Shown: in pieces, positions 49,743 through 61,199 of the stretch
How positions within the stretch are numbered: the stretch's first letter is position 1
Layout: each line of letters begins with the position of its first letter
NCBI GenBank assembly: GCA_010093705.1
Contig: MU006090.1
Coordinates: forward strand, 310,001 to 374,000
Direction: 5' to 3'
Source of the DNA: Patellaria atrata CBS 101060
Taxonomy: Eukaryota
DNA: 64,000 bases
Notes under the pieces: generated by a model
Databases searched by the model: none
What the model was told of the DNA's origin: nothing
What the model saw: the letters and a program-made list of their open reading frames with translations, nothing else
Position numbers and translations under genes: made by a program

Positions 49743-49998
49743 TGTGGCGATGGCTTTGGAGATATCGTCTCCTTCAAGCGACGAGATGAGCTCGTAAACT
49801 GACGAGGAACAATTCTCGCGCCGATCCGAAAAGTGCAGACTAACGCTAGACCGACTTTAGACTAGCGTTTCCTCTGCCTACACACTCGCTTAATGGCATT
49901 TCGACTTCCATCGCAGCGCACATCACGAACTTTTTGAGGACCACGACAAAATCGACAATAACCATTGGTGACACCCTCATCAAAGAACTACCGTCAAT

Positions 49999-51024
49999 AT
50001 GGCTCCCTCAAATCTTCCCCCGATCTTCAACCCTACCAACCAAGACATTGAGATGCTCCTCGCAGCTCAGTGTCATTTGGGATCTAAGAACTTGCAGGTT
50101 CATATGGAGCCGTATCTTTGGAAGACTCGCCCGGATGGTATTAATGTGATTAACATTGGCAAGACATGGTAAGTCTTCAAAGTTCTGGGAGAGCTTCTGT
50201 CTCTGCAGCTTCCCATGAGGTGCCCCTTCTCCAGTCCTTCTACGCTGAATATCGAGGGGATGCGCCTAACACGTAGCTATAGGGAGAAAATAATCCTCGC
50301 TGCCCGCATCATCGTTGCTATTGCAAACCCTGCCGACATCTGTGTCATCTCTGCCCGTCCCTACGGTCAGCGTGCCGTTCTCAAGTTCGCTGCTCACACT
50401 GGTGCCGTTGCGATTGCTGGTCGTTTCACTCCCGGTAACTTCACCAATTACATCACCCGTTCGTTCAAGGAGCCGCGTCTCATTATCGTCACCGATCCCC
50501 GTACCGACGCTCAGGCTATCAAGGAAGCTTCTTACGTGAACATCCCCGTCATTGCCCTCTGCGACACTGACTCCCCAACCGAATACGTCGATGTTGCTAT
50601 CCCCACCAACAACAAGGGTCGTCATGCCATTGGCTTAGTTTGGTGGTTGTTGGCTCGTGAGGTCCTCCGCCTCCGAGGTACCCTCGCTTCCCGCGAAGCC
50701 GACTGGGACGTCATGACTGATTTGTACTTCTACCGTGATCCTGAGGCGGAAGAAAACAAGGACTCCGCTGGTGTGGACGAGTCTAAGGTTCCAGGTGCCG
50801 ATGAGGTTGGTGCTGGCCCTGTTGAGTCTGGCTTCAGCAATGAATGGGAAGTTTCTGGTGGTGCTGCTGGCGCTTTCGCTGCCGCTTCAGGAACCGCCGG
50901 TGCTGGAGCTAGCTGGGACGCTGATGGTGCTGGTGGTGATTGGGCCGCCTCCGGTGGTCCTGTTGAGACTGGCAACACCAGCTGGAATCCGGAGCCTGCC
51001 GCCGAACCTACTGAGCAATGGTAG
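49999..51024 (+). CDS. RPS0: 40S ribosomal protein uS2 (S0/SA); exons 49999-50168, 50283-51024
   Basis: [53 protein letters not shown]; strong codon bias. Confidence 0.97.
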
Positions 51025-52498
51025 ACTTTGTCAAAATGCTCACTGTTTGTCGATTTACTTGAGCAAGTTAAAAGAAGAGGATTTCATGGGTCCTTTGCAT
51101 TTCTGTGGGGACTGTTATCTTAACGCACTTATGAGGGAAAGATACCCGATCGTTGTCGGTGCTTACTAACCGCTATTGGGGGAAAGCCCTGTGCTGTAGA
51201 TCGGGATGGACTTAATCGTTGCCCATCCTCGCAGGAATACTACCGTGTCTCAAATTCGTGCGTTAAGTTCTCTTATTCGTGATATAATATGTGACCCGAC
51301 ATCTCTCTACTAACATGATAGCTTATATGGTCTCCTTAAATAACGAGTTCTTTGGTGTCTAAGTATATCTACTAGCTTTCTCCCATAGCACCATATCTGA
51401 ACTCTAATTTAACCTCGCCTCGCCAGGATGTAGAAGATTCCCAAAAGCGAATTTGGTCCTTTAACTTTAATATACTCTTTTTCCCTTGTTCTTACGATAT
51501 ATTTTAGCAGCTTATGCTTATACCTTAGTGAACAGAGCTAAAATGTCTCCTGAAAATTTCCTCACGCAGCATTAATTTTCAGTACCCCTTTTCTCGTTAT
51601 TTACCACAGTACTAGCCCCATACAGGCACTGATAGTGTCAAGATACCAACAAGAGTCAGAAGGTAGGGATTTTTAAGCATTAAGTTCACGCTCAAAAGTC
51701 AGTTCACTCCTGTACGTTTACTGAGTCATACTCAAGGCGAAGTCATATTGATATGTATTGAACTCTCAGACATCCACGGGATTAGTCACTGTAAAATGAT
51801 ATTCACGCATTAAGATCTTCTTTAAGCGAGCTACCTGAGCAAGTTTTAAGGTATAATCAATTATAGGGGCGACTATGAGAGGAAGGGAACGGGAAGGACT
51901 CACCCGGCAGCCCGAACGGTTCGGTCGAAAGTCACTGCGAACAGGTTCGTTTGTTTCGGTTGCTAAGGGCAGTCGCGGACCCTGAGGTGGTTGACTTAAA
52001 TTTCTCTCCACCTCCTCTCTCTTCCTTCTCTTTCGATCACCTCTTACGTCCAACTTCAACCACAACAAGAATCTACCCCGGTTCTTACTCTGGCCCCGCG
52101 ACGTCTAGGTTTTCGGTGTTTGGAGCTGTGGGTTCGTAGTTTAGGTTTATTTGCTCTGATAAGTTATCCACGTTTTGTCTCTCCGCCTCGCGATCATAAA
52201 GTTTTCGCGAAGGAATTTTATTGATCTTGCTGCGCGACCTTTCTTTCACCTTTACTAACACTTTCCTTGTCTACTCTAGTTTGCTCGAAAGTGATCCCCA
52301 CAAGCCACCACTTCAAGCCAAATCTCTAGTTCACACCAGGTATCGGATCAACTCCAAGACGCGTCAAGTTCAACTAATCTATTCTTCTCGCCACAAGATC
52401 TCACGCTCAAACTTACACCTCTGGTCAAGAGTTTGTGCAAATCATCACGCGCGTTTCTCTCTCATTTACCTAGAGTCTCTACAGTCTCTACAGTCAAC

Positions 52499-54273
52499 AT
52501 GAGCTGGGAAGGTGGAGGTGAGTTTAATTTGACGTAGTTGGACGAGTACGCCCTGCTTACATCGTATCTATAGGAAACGATACTTGGGGAGCTGACACCG
52601 GCGCTGCTAATGATTCCTGGGCACCGGAGACTGCAGCCCCCTCGACGGATGCGTGGGTCCCGGATACCAATGGTACTACTGCTGATGAAAACAATTGGGG
52701 AGGTGATAGAGGTGATGGAGGCGATGAAGGTGAAGTCAATAATATCTCCAGGCACGACAACGGTGATGCTGGCGGAAACCGTGGTGATGCATGTCGCAAT
52801 TGTGGCCAAACCGGCCACTTCGCTCGCGAGTGCACGGAGCCAAAGAAGATGACTGGCGAATGTTTCAATTGTGGTGAAATTGGGTAAGTTCTACGACACA
52901 TGAGATTCCACATTACGAGCTAGAAACTAACCATATCATATAGACACAACAAGGCTGACTGTTCCAATCCTCGCGTCGAGCGTCCTTTCACTGGAACCTG
53001 CCGTACATGCAACCAAGAAGGTCACCGCGCCGGTGATTGTCCAGAAAAGAAGCCAGATGTCTGCAAGAACTGCAAGCAGGAGGGGCACCGCACACTAGAG
53101 TGTAAAGCTCTGCGTGCCCTCGACAATGATGAAATCCCAGACATGGAAGCTGGGGCTGCATGGGATCTACTCATGAAGGCCGATGAGGATAGAGACCTTG
53201 AAGACTTCCGCAAGGCGCTTAAGATATATGCTAAGACGACCGAGGTGGATCTTGTCGATCTCGAAGGTGGATTGCGTTCACAAGACAAGAACGTCTACAT
53301 TATCGCCCAGGAGCGAGAAGTACCTATTAACACTACCATCGTCAGCCTCAATGGAAAGATCGACTGCAAATACATCCTTACCTTTGGTTTCACCGACAAG
53401 CCTAGACGTGGCAAGATCGCGGACTTCTACCCGAAATCTCCCGAGGAGAATATGGAGCGTCTTAAGGACTGTGGCTTTGTGATGGATCGCCTTGTCCCAA
53501 TGTGCAAGCGCTGTAGAGAACTAGGCCATTCTGAGAAGTATTGCAAGGAGGAACCGGATATCAAGGAACCCTTGAAGGTCCAGTGTGTTGTCTGTTCTGA
53601 ACTCGGCCATCGAGCTCGTGATTGCACAAAGGCGCGCGTCGATCCAACCGCCTGTCGCAACTGTAAGCAGTCAGGGCATATTGCTTCTGAGTGTACTGAA
53701 CCTCGTTCCGCAGAGGGCGTAGAATGCAGGCGCTGCAATGAGAGTAAGTCATATCATCATTTCATGACTGACATACCATGATAGCTAACTTCATTAGCTG
53801 GCCATTTCTCGAAGGACTGCCCCAATAACACTGGAGGACGCGCTTGTCGCAACTGCGGCGATGAAGGACACATTGCGAAGGAGTGTCCCGAGCCCAGGAA
53901 CCCTGCGAACATCCAGTGCCGCAATTGCGATGAATTCGGCCACATGGGTCGTGAGTGTCCCAAGCCTAGGGACTATTCTCGTGTCACTTGTCAACACTGC
54001 GGCGAAAAGGGTCATACTATCAAGCGCTGCAAGCTCGTCGACCAGAATGGCAATGATAGTGGTGATGGCAACGGCTTCACCGACACGGCTGTCAACGATG
54101 CTTGGGGTGCTCCTGTGGGTGATACCAACGGCGCTGGTAACGGTGACAACTCTTGGGATACTACTGCGGGTGCTAAGACCAAAGGTGACAACTCCTGGAA
54201 AGATGCTGGCGAGACCAATGGAAATGACACTTGGGGCAATGACGATGCTGCCGCTGCTTCTGCGGGCTGGTAG
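52499..54273 (+). CDS. Multi-zinc-knuckle (11 x CX2CX4HX4C) nucleic-acid-binding protein, CnjB-like; exons 52499-52517, 52574-52883, 52944-53743, 53798-54273
   Basis: 11 CCHC knuckles counted after splicing (4 + central domain + 7); Trp/Gly/Asp/Asn-rich tails; probable 5'UTR intron ending at 52279. Confidence 0.9.
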
Positions 54274-54650
54274 ATGTTGACTATGCTTCTCAGTCAGTCC
54301 GACCGATCATGTCGATAGTACACTTCTTCGTCGTGGGACTCGGGTCTGTATCTTCTGCTCACTCACCTGGTTTATGAGTCACCAAAATGATACTGCTGAT
54401 TCTGTGTCCGTGACATAGGTGGGCTCTCACGTTCACAAAGGATGAAGTTGGGGTTGATAAATGCTTTCATGTACTTGTAGCAAGGCGATCAGAATAAGGA
54501 ACAATGATAGCATAGCAACCCGATATGTCAACTATTCAGTGACCATGATGTGTTTGACTCCTGTGAAGTTTAAAGAACTTAACCCCATATCTCACCCCCC
54601 CGGGGGGCTTTCTCTAGAACCGTATCCCGTAAAACATGACCCCAACACCT

Positions 54651-55375
54651 TCAAAACCCTGCTAACCTCACTCCAACCCCCTCCTTCAACTCCTCCGGAT
54701 CCTCCCTCAGCTCCTCGGGCAGCAGCGCGAAAAGCTCCCCCATCTCCCACCGCCCAACAAATTTCCCACACACTTCCCTTGCCCTCTCAACACTAACCCC
54801 CCACTCAAAAGCGCGATACGCCACAAGAGCCCGGAAAAACTCCTCTTGTGCCTGGTGCAGCTCTCTCACGTCTCGTGCACGGAGAAACGGGTGCCGGTCT
54901 TTTATGTCCCGATATTGGACGTGTTGGGCGTGGCTGGATAGGAGGCGTCGGTGGGCGTTTTGGAGGTTGCGGGAGAGGCGAGATGAGTGTTTGAGGCCGG
55001 GGAGGTAGCCGTCTTTAGGGTAGTCAGTGTTAGTGTAATGTTGTTGTTTTTTTTCCTAATTTCTTTGGTTTTGGGGGGAGGGATTCTTGCGGGGGACGAA
55101 CTGGCGAGTGTGCGCATTGAGTTTGCCCGTCTGAAATTTTTGGTGGGTTGGTCGGATGGTTGGGGGGCGGGGTCTTGAGGTACTTGAGCTTGGGATGGGT
55201 TGAGGCGAGGTCCTCTGGACGAGGAGACGGGATTGACGAGAGAGGTGCTGGCATTGAAGTCGCATGCGTGAAGAGGGCGGAAGGCTAGGGTTTGGTTTTG
55301 AAAGATATTTGTGAGATTGTTCTGTGTGGGTTTGGATGCTGATGCTGGGCGGAGAGGGAGGTTGATGGAGTTCAT
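54651..55375 (-). CDS. Orphan or degenerate hypothetical gene, exon structure unresolved
   Basis: Protein-like frame GYLPGLKHSSRLSRNLQNAHRRLL...EEFFRALVAYRAFEWG follows a CTAAC/CTGAC...AAG acceptor at ~55013; the upstream exon is not clear. Confidence 0.35.
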
Positions 55376-55593
55376 TGTGGAATTAATGTTTTAGAAGATG
55401 AGTGTGGATATTAGACTGATATGGGCGTAGAGTATTAAAAGAAGGTAGAAGGTTAGTGCAGAGAAGGTGACTCAAGCCCAGATGATAGAGTGACTCGACA
55501 TCTTGCACCGCGCGTTTGTTTGCACATCAAACGCATCCTTGGCGTCGGCGGAATACTCCTCCCCTTATAAACAAAGAAATGTATGCCCTATAC

Positions 55594-55740
55594 TTACCAA
55601 ACTCGGTGTTATAGCCCATTCTTTCAGGTAGGCTGGTTTCTACCTGGTGCCCCGAGTTCGATCCCCGGTAGCAAAACCGGGGATTCAAGCTCCCAGTTCA
55701 GGGAGCGCAGATTACCCCGCTAGACTGGGGGAACTGTTTT
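55594..55740 (+). ncRNA. Candidate RNA polymerase III, tRNA-like structured ncRNA (or SINE/pseudo-tRNA)
   Basis: TATAAA 55566, A-box-like TAGCCCA 55612, B-box GAGTTCGATCC 55654-55664, several near-perfect hairpins, TTTT at 55737-55740. Confidence 0.5.
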
Positions 55741-56513
55741 GATATTCTAAATTTATTTTAAAATTAATTTTATTATCTTTTAAGAGTTGATTTGTTTTTA
55801 GATCTTCTTTTTTTATGGGGTATATGTTGTGGTTGTGGTTGTGAGACTTTCTGTTCTTGTTGAGAAAGAGAATTTTGTCGCAGCGGAGCAGGTGGGATTT
55901 TTCTTTCGGCGGGATGTTGAGTAAAGGAAACTTTAGCTTCCGCTCCTTCATCCCTCACTCCTTAGTCAATTGCAATTGCTGCATATAGATCATGTTGAAC
56001 AATCTCTAAGGTCTGGGAATAGCTCACTCTAAAGTCGAACTGAATGCGTGTAGACCGTACAATGATAAGGGAAGGGGCCATGATAAGAGATTTTATAATA
56101 GGTAAGGTGCGGAATACTCTTAATGCTGGTAAAGTTATATCTTAAGTTCTCCAGAAAGGAATCTGGGAGCTAGAGAACGTATAATTTAAAGAAAAGCTTG
56201 AATGGTCTTTAAGGAAAAAATGGATATCATGATTCAAGGCAATCTGCTCAGATGGACGGCATTTATCGAATGATAGATCAATATGAGAACATGGAACAGG
56301 CGTGAAAAAGCTCTGTGCATTGGAAAGCGGGAATTTGTTGCTATCTTGAGACTACTTGACTTTATACTGAATGACTTGCAGAAGACAGTAAGAGCTACAT
56401 ACCGTGAGAGGTGTGCAGGAATGTTGAAAGCTTCAGATATTCTACGGGTAAGTTAATAGTATGTTTCTAGATTTAGATTGCTTGTATCCAGTTCTACGGT
56501 ATTGGAAAAGGTC

Positions 56514-56611
56514 AGGAGTCAGCGTACGTCGGACAGCCTGATTCTAGTAGAACTACATCAGGACCATATGCTTCGGGATATAGTCAGGCTGTCTGTACAT
56601 TGCTGACTTCT
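56514..56611. repeat. Imperfect inverted repeat (~33-bp arms), long hairpin
   Basis: AGGAGTCAGC...GACAGCCTGATTCTA pairs with TATAGTCAGGCTGTC...GCTGACTTCT. Confidence 0.7.
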
Positions 56612-57353
56612 AGTGCTATACTCGTAGATCCATAAAGAACAAAGTATGGACACAGTGAGGTTTGATTTAAGGTTCTCGTCTAACCTTTCGGTCTAGTACA
56701 AAAAGAGTCATATAAGGTCATAATCTATGGAACGACAATCCACCCCAATCCGCCTCTAGTGCTGATACTTAAGCAGTTGAAAAGCAAATATTAAGCAGAA
56801 ATCTTCATATTTCTACCATGCGTTGCAGTACCATCAAGTTTGATGTTGCGATGGTATGATCAGCCTTACGAAATTGACGGAATATGCGCACCAATCAAAA
56901 CACACAATCCATTATAGTTTGACCCTTGTAAGCGCGTCAGGAAATCTGCAGAGTCAATATCAGAAGCAAATGTTCTACATGAAAATCAAAAAAATATAAC
57001 AACAACAACTCATAAAACATTTCAAAAATATCTGAAGAACCGGAACACGTATTTGTAGTGTGGGATGATAATGGATTAGTTGACAGTGAAATTCCTAAAC
57101 GCCGAACTAGATAGACGCCGTAACATCATCTGTCATCTCAGAAGTCATCAGGGCAAGCATACTCACGAGCTTTTTGGACTCCTTTTTGGGCGCGGAAAAG
57201 TCTCTCGGAGTTATTCTAGCATTTTCATTAGGTAAGATTTTCACGCATCAACGATTCCTTGATGGTCTACTCCCTAACTCAACATCGTACACCAGAGCTA
57301 AAATCATATTCACACATCTACAAAGTCGAGGAGCTCAAATAAAGGCTCCAAAA

Positions 57354-58091
57354 ATGAAGGCAATTAGTCCATACGCGATATTCTGATTGTTTCAAACTGA
57401 TTTTGGTATAGATCCACGAGGAACGCACCGAAACAATCTCTAATCATGACGCGCTGGAATTCATCAACCAGACCATCGCCGACTACAATGGTGAAGGAGA
57501 GTACGGCTTCTCTAATCGACCCATGCCAAAGAATCTCAAGAAAGTCATTACGAATGTAAAACACCACTTCACCTCATTGATTCAATGCCCTATCTAATAC
57601 AATCGTGACAGACAAAGTCCTACCTGAAAAATTCCTCACAACCCACTTCCAGTCTGTCGAAAATGCGCAATGCCCAGTACCGCGAACTTTTCCAACGCTG
57701 GCGCTTAGCGAAATACGGCGCCCGGCTCGAGACTATCGAGCAGCTCTCAATCGTCAATGTTGCACCGAGGACGAGATCTGCGCTTGAGGCCATCATCGAG
57801 GAAGCTGAGTCCCGGTTCACAAATGAGGAGTTAGACGATATCCTCGAGATCATAATTGACGTGTGCGTACGCGGTCGCATCCTCGGTCGTGACGAAGCTA
57901 CCATGGAAGAGGAAGCTGAAGCCAGAGAGCAAGAGTTGCAAGATGCTTTGGAGAAGTTAGAACTCGGTAAGAAGGCTGCTCAAGAAGCGGCTAAGAAGAA
58001 AGCGCAACCGGGGGAAGTTATGGACGACATCGCATGGTCCCAGACTGAGGAAGATGATGGTATGGAAGATGTACAGGAGCACCCCAAGTAG
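57354..58091 (+). CDS. RPC17: RNA polymerase III subunit Rpc17/RPC9 (Rpb4/HRDC-like); exons 57354-57359, 57412-57555, 57612-58091
   Basis: MK|IHEERTETISNHDALEFI resembles the Rpc17 N-terminus; LETIEQLSIVNVAPRT...IIEEAESRFTNEELDDILEII. Confidence 0.75.
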
Positions 58092-58375
58092 CAAACCTTG
58101 CTCGATTTCTCTGGACTACATTTCGTCATGATGATGACTGTATGAATGATACCCAATACAAGTATTGGTAAATCCAAAATCTGCACTTAAATCATGTTAT
58201 TGTCATTGGATACTGTCTACTGCTAATCTAGACCACCGCCTCCAGTAAGTAATCAACAATAAAAATAACTCCAAAGTTACAAAGAAGGATCAAGTTATAG
58301 CCGATGGTTGCTAAGTAATACATGATGCGAAAGGGGTATGTCAAAGGGCGGGAAGATCTTCCGCCATCATGAATG

Positions 58376-59469
58376 CTAGAGGAACGGGTCGAACTCGTCT
58401 CCCTTGAGAGAATCCGGGGTATCTTGTGGATCTTCCTTTGCTTTCCCGCGCCTATTGTTTCGCACCGACTTCTTCGGGATAGAGAGGCCATGGTATGATC
58501 TTCGATGTTCTGTAAGATGATCTTTGCGAGTGAACCCATTATCCCCGACCCGCGAACATTTCGGGACGTCGCATTGAAAGTCTTTTCGACACTCGTGAAC
58601 CGTCACTTTGTGTCTATTTAGATCTGCCGCGCGTTTGAATACAGCTCTTGAAGCGCACCCGGGTACGGTGCATGAGTGTTCAGCCCTGCTACTTGATCAG
58701 TACAAAAGGGTGGAATGAAAACCAAATATCCAATGTACGTACGGTCTTCCACGTGGGCTGGAACTGGGTGTGGAGTCCGCTGTACGGTCTGCAAAAGCGC
58801 CCGCGGAGGCTGGAACTATGTGAGTGGAAGCTTGAATCGGCACTTCAGGAGGAGTTTGAAGAGGCATTTGCGGCTGAGGAGTCCAGTAGTCCACATTGTA
58901 TGGGATATGTCCATTTTCGCCAAGACTTTTGTTCCACTGTCGGTAGACATCGGCTGGGGGATAGTTTTCATTATTTGGTCCCGGGCGAATGACTGTGCAG
59001 TGTTCCGCACCAATATCATGGTGGTAAGATTCTTGGTATTGGATCTCCCTGGGATTTACTCCGGTATTGAGCGTTTCCTCATTGAAATCAAAATCGTCTG
59101 AGAAATACTGTCCATCCGGGGATGCGGATAGTCTGGAGTTTGAGACTACACTCGACATCGACGACTGGTTCGTCATTTGCTGGGAGATTATCTGGGGGCT
59201 GAAACTATAACGGGGTGTATAGGAGGAGTAAGAACCATCGGCGCCATATGTATTGGGAGTTGTCATCGGTAATTGTGGCGACATTTGGGCAAGCGTTGTC
59301 GACATATAGGGGGGGTTACTTGAGGTCACATAGTAACTATCTTGCTCTTGCTTCGAAGTGTTAGCCGGGTTGCTTTTCTATGTGTTTTAGTTGAGTCACT
59401 TACTTTGTGATGATCCCCAGTATCGGGTTCAGAGAGGTTTTCCTCGGCGTAGGGATGATAATGCATCAT
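58376..59469 (-). CDS. C2H2 zinc-finger transcription factor (2 fingers); introns ~59354-59403 and 58689-58742
   Basis: CTVPGC...FKRAADLNRHKVTVH and CDVPKC...FTRKDHLTEHRRSYH; P/S/Q/Y-rich N-terminus. Confidence 0.8.
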
Positions 59470-61199
59470 GTGGCAAATTCGAGGGAATTGCTTGAAAGTG
59501 TGTGCGCGTACCGTTCAAGGGAAGAAGCTTTTTGGTTTATTATAATTATTGCCCTAGATAATATTTGCGAATCGGGAGCAACCTTCTAGAAATGATTTCT
59601 TGAGCCTGAGTGTTCTTGACTCGAGGGTTGCCACACCCCCTTAACTTATAGCCAATCTTTAGAATTCGGGCGAGCACATCTATCTATGTGTCAAATTATG
59701 GTTCTTTTGGTTGATCCCCACTCTTGCAAACTATCCTACAGCAGTAACTGAGGCGAAATTATCACAAGATCAGAGTAATGCTGGCCGTAAAACCAAGGAG
59801 TACACTTTTTCAACGTAGAGTCGAATGGGATGGCCTTCACGAGCGTAAGTCGGGCGAGACTGAAATAGTATTGGATAAGAAAGTGAAGCTGTGAAAGTGA
59901 CCGCTATTTCAACCGTGGAGCTACTTGCGACCGTAAAAGTGAGGCTTCGGTGTAGGAGGGCTTCGAGTTATTCCACATACGATCTCGGGAGACCTATATC
60001 CAATTGTGACAAGTAAGGCTTCGTCTTGCATAGAATTTGAAAGCAATGTTAGTTAAGGCTAGCCATTATACGGGGCCTTGCCGCGTCCTACGTTTGCCTT
60101 AATCATGAACTCTCGCCGGGAATCAGCCAGGTATATCCCAAGTTATCTCTTGCCCTTCTATGTGACACATCATTATGGCCTTACATTCCAATATTGCATC
60201 AGTCAAGTTAAAAGGAAAAGCGATACAGGCTAGTTCTATCCTGTTGAGTTATGGACAGACAGCAAAATACGCAGATGGGAAGGGTTGAAGACAACGTAGA
60301 GAAACCTACATATTAGACAGGAATGCCATCTCTTTCGAGTTGCCTTGTATAAATATAGATGTTGAAGCTCATATTGAAATCTAAGGTCGAATAAACATAG
60401 GGAATGAATAGGGACGACAACGTCCCACGATAATAATGCGGGCTTGCTGTTGCCTGATGGCAAGGCAAATAAGGCATAATGAATTTCCAAGGGGTGTTGG
60501 TTTTATAGTTATCCTCGTAAGTGGGATTAGATATCGTTTTAGGAGGGTTGGGTCTTCCATTAGAAGGCACAGTCTTGGCGTTGCGTTTTTTTTGCCTTCT
60601 TTTTGCCTTCAAGCTTATTCCTCCGCTACCTTACCTTATTGGGTAAAATGATGACCATATTAACATTGCAGACAGTCGCACCGACTTGTGATCGAAGTCG
60701 GATGGGGCGCAGTCGTTTGTCGCTATGAACACGTGGCGTACAGTCAGCCGGATTTCCCATTTTGACTCCTTCATAGGAGACCTTCTACTTATCCATTTCC
60801 GCTAGAATATTTATAGTACTCCTAAATCGAATCGCGGAATGTCTAATTAACGATGATGCGTAGTAGCTGCTAGCGGATACGGAGGAAAAAACAGCGCCCT
60901 GAGGCGCGGCTCAGAAATAGGTCACAAAATTGCGAACGAAAGGGTGTACCTTAAAGGAATTCGCTGTGTAAAAGTGGGGGGTCAGCGATACTATCAACAG
61001 CAAAGAGTCCGCAAGCGAGGCTCTTTCTCAGCAAGGTATGACGGACGAAACGACACCAGGCAAAAAGCACGTAAGACACAGCGATTGAATAAGAGAATCT
61101 GGAGTGTGAAGATCTAGCCTTCATACTTTTAACAGTTTGACATTAGATGATTACAACGGTTTCTATGTCGATTTCCAAATGTCAAGTTTTAAGATAATC

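Noticed and set aside
52499..54273. Retrotransposon gag (CCHC knuckles)
   Set aside because: Spliced cellular gene with 11 knuckles; no LTRs, protease, RT or integrase nearby.
55590..55740. Calling the element U1 snRNA or a functional tRNA
   Set aside because: No U1-70K or U1A loops and no clear Sm site; D and anticodon arms cannot both form and the acceptor stem is incomplete.
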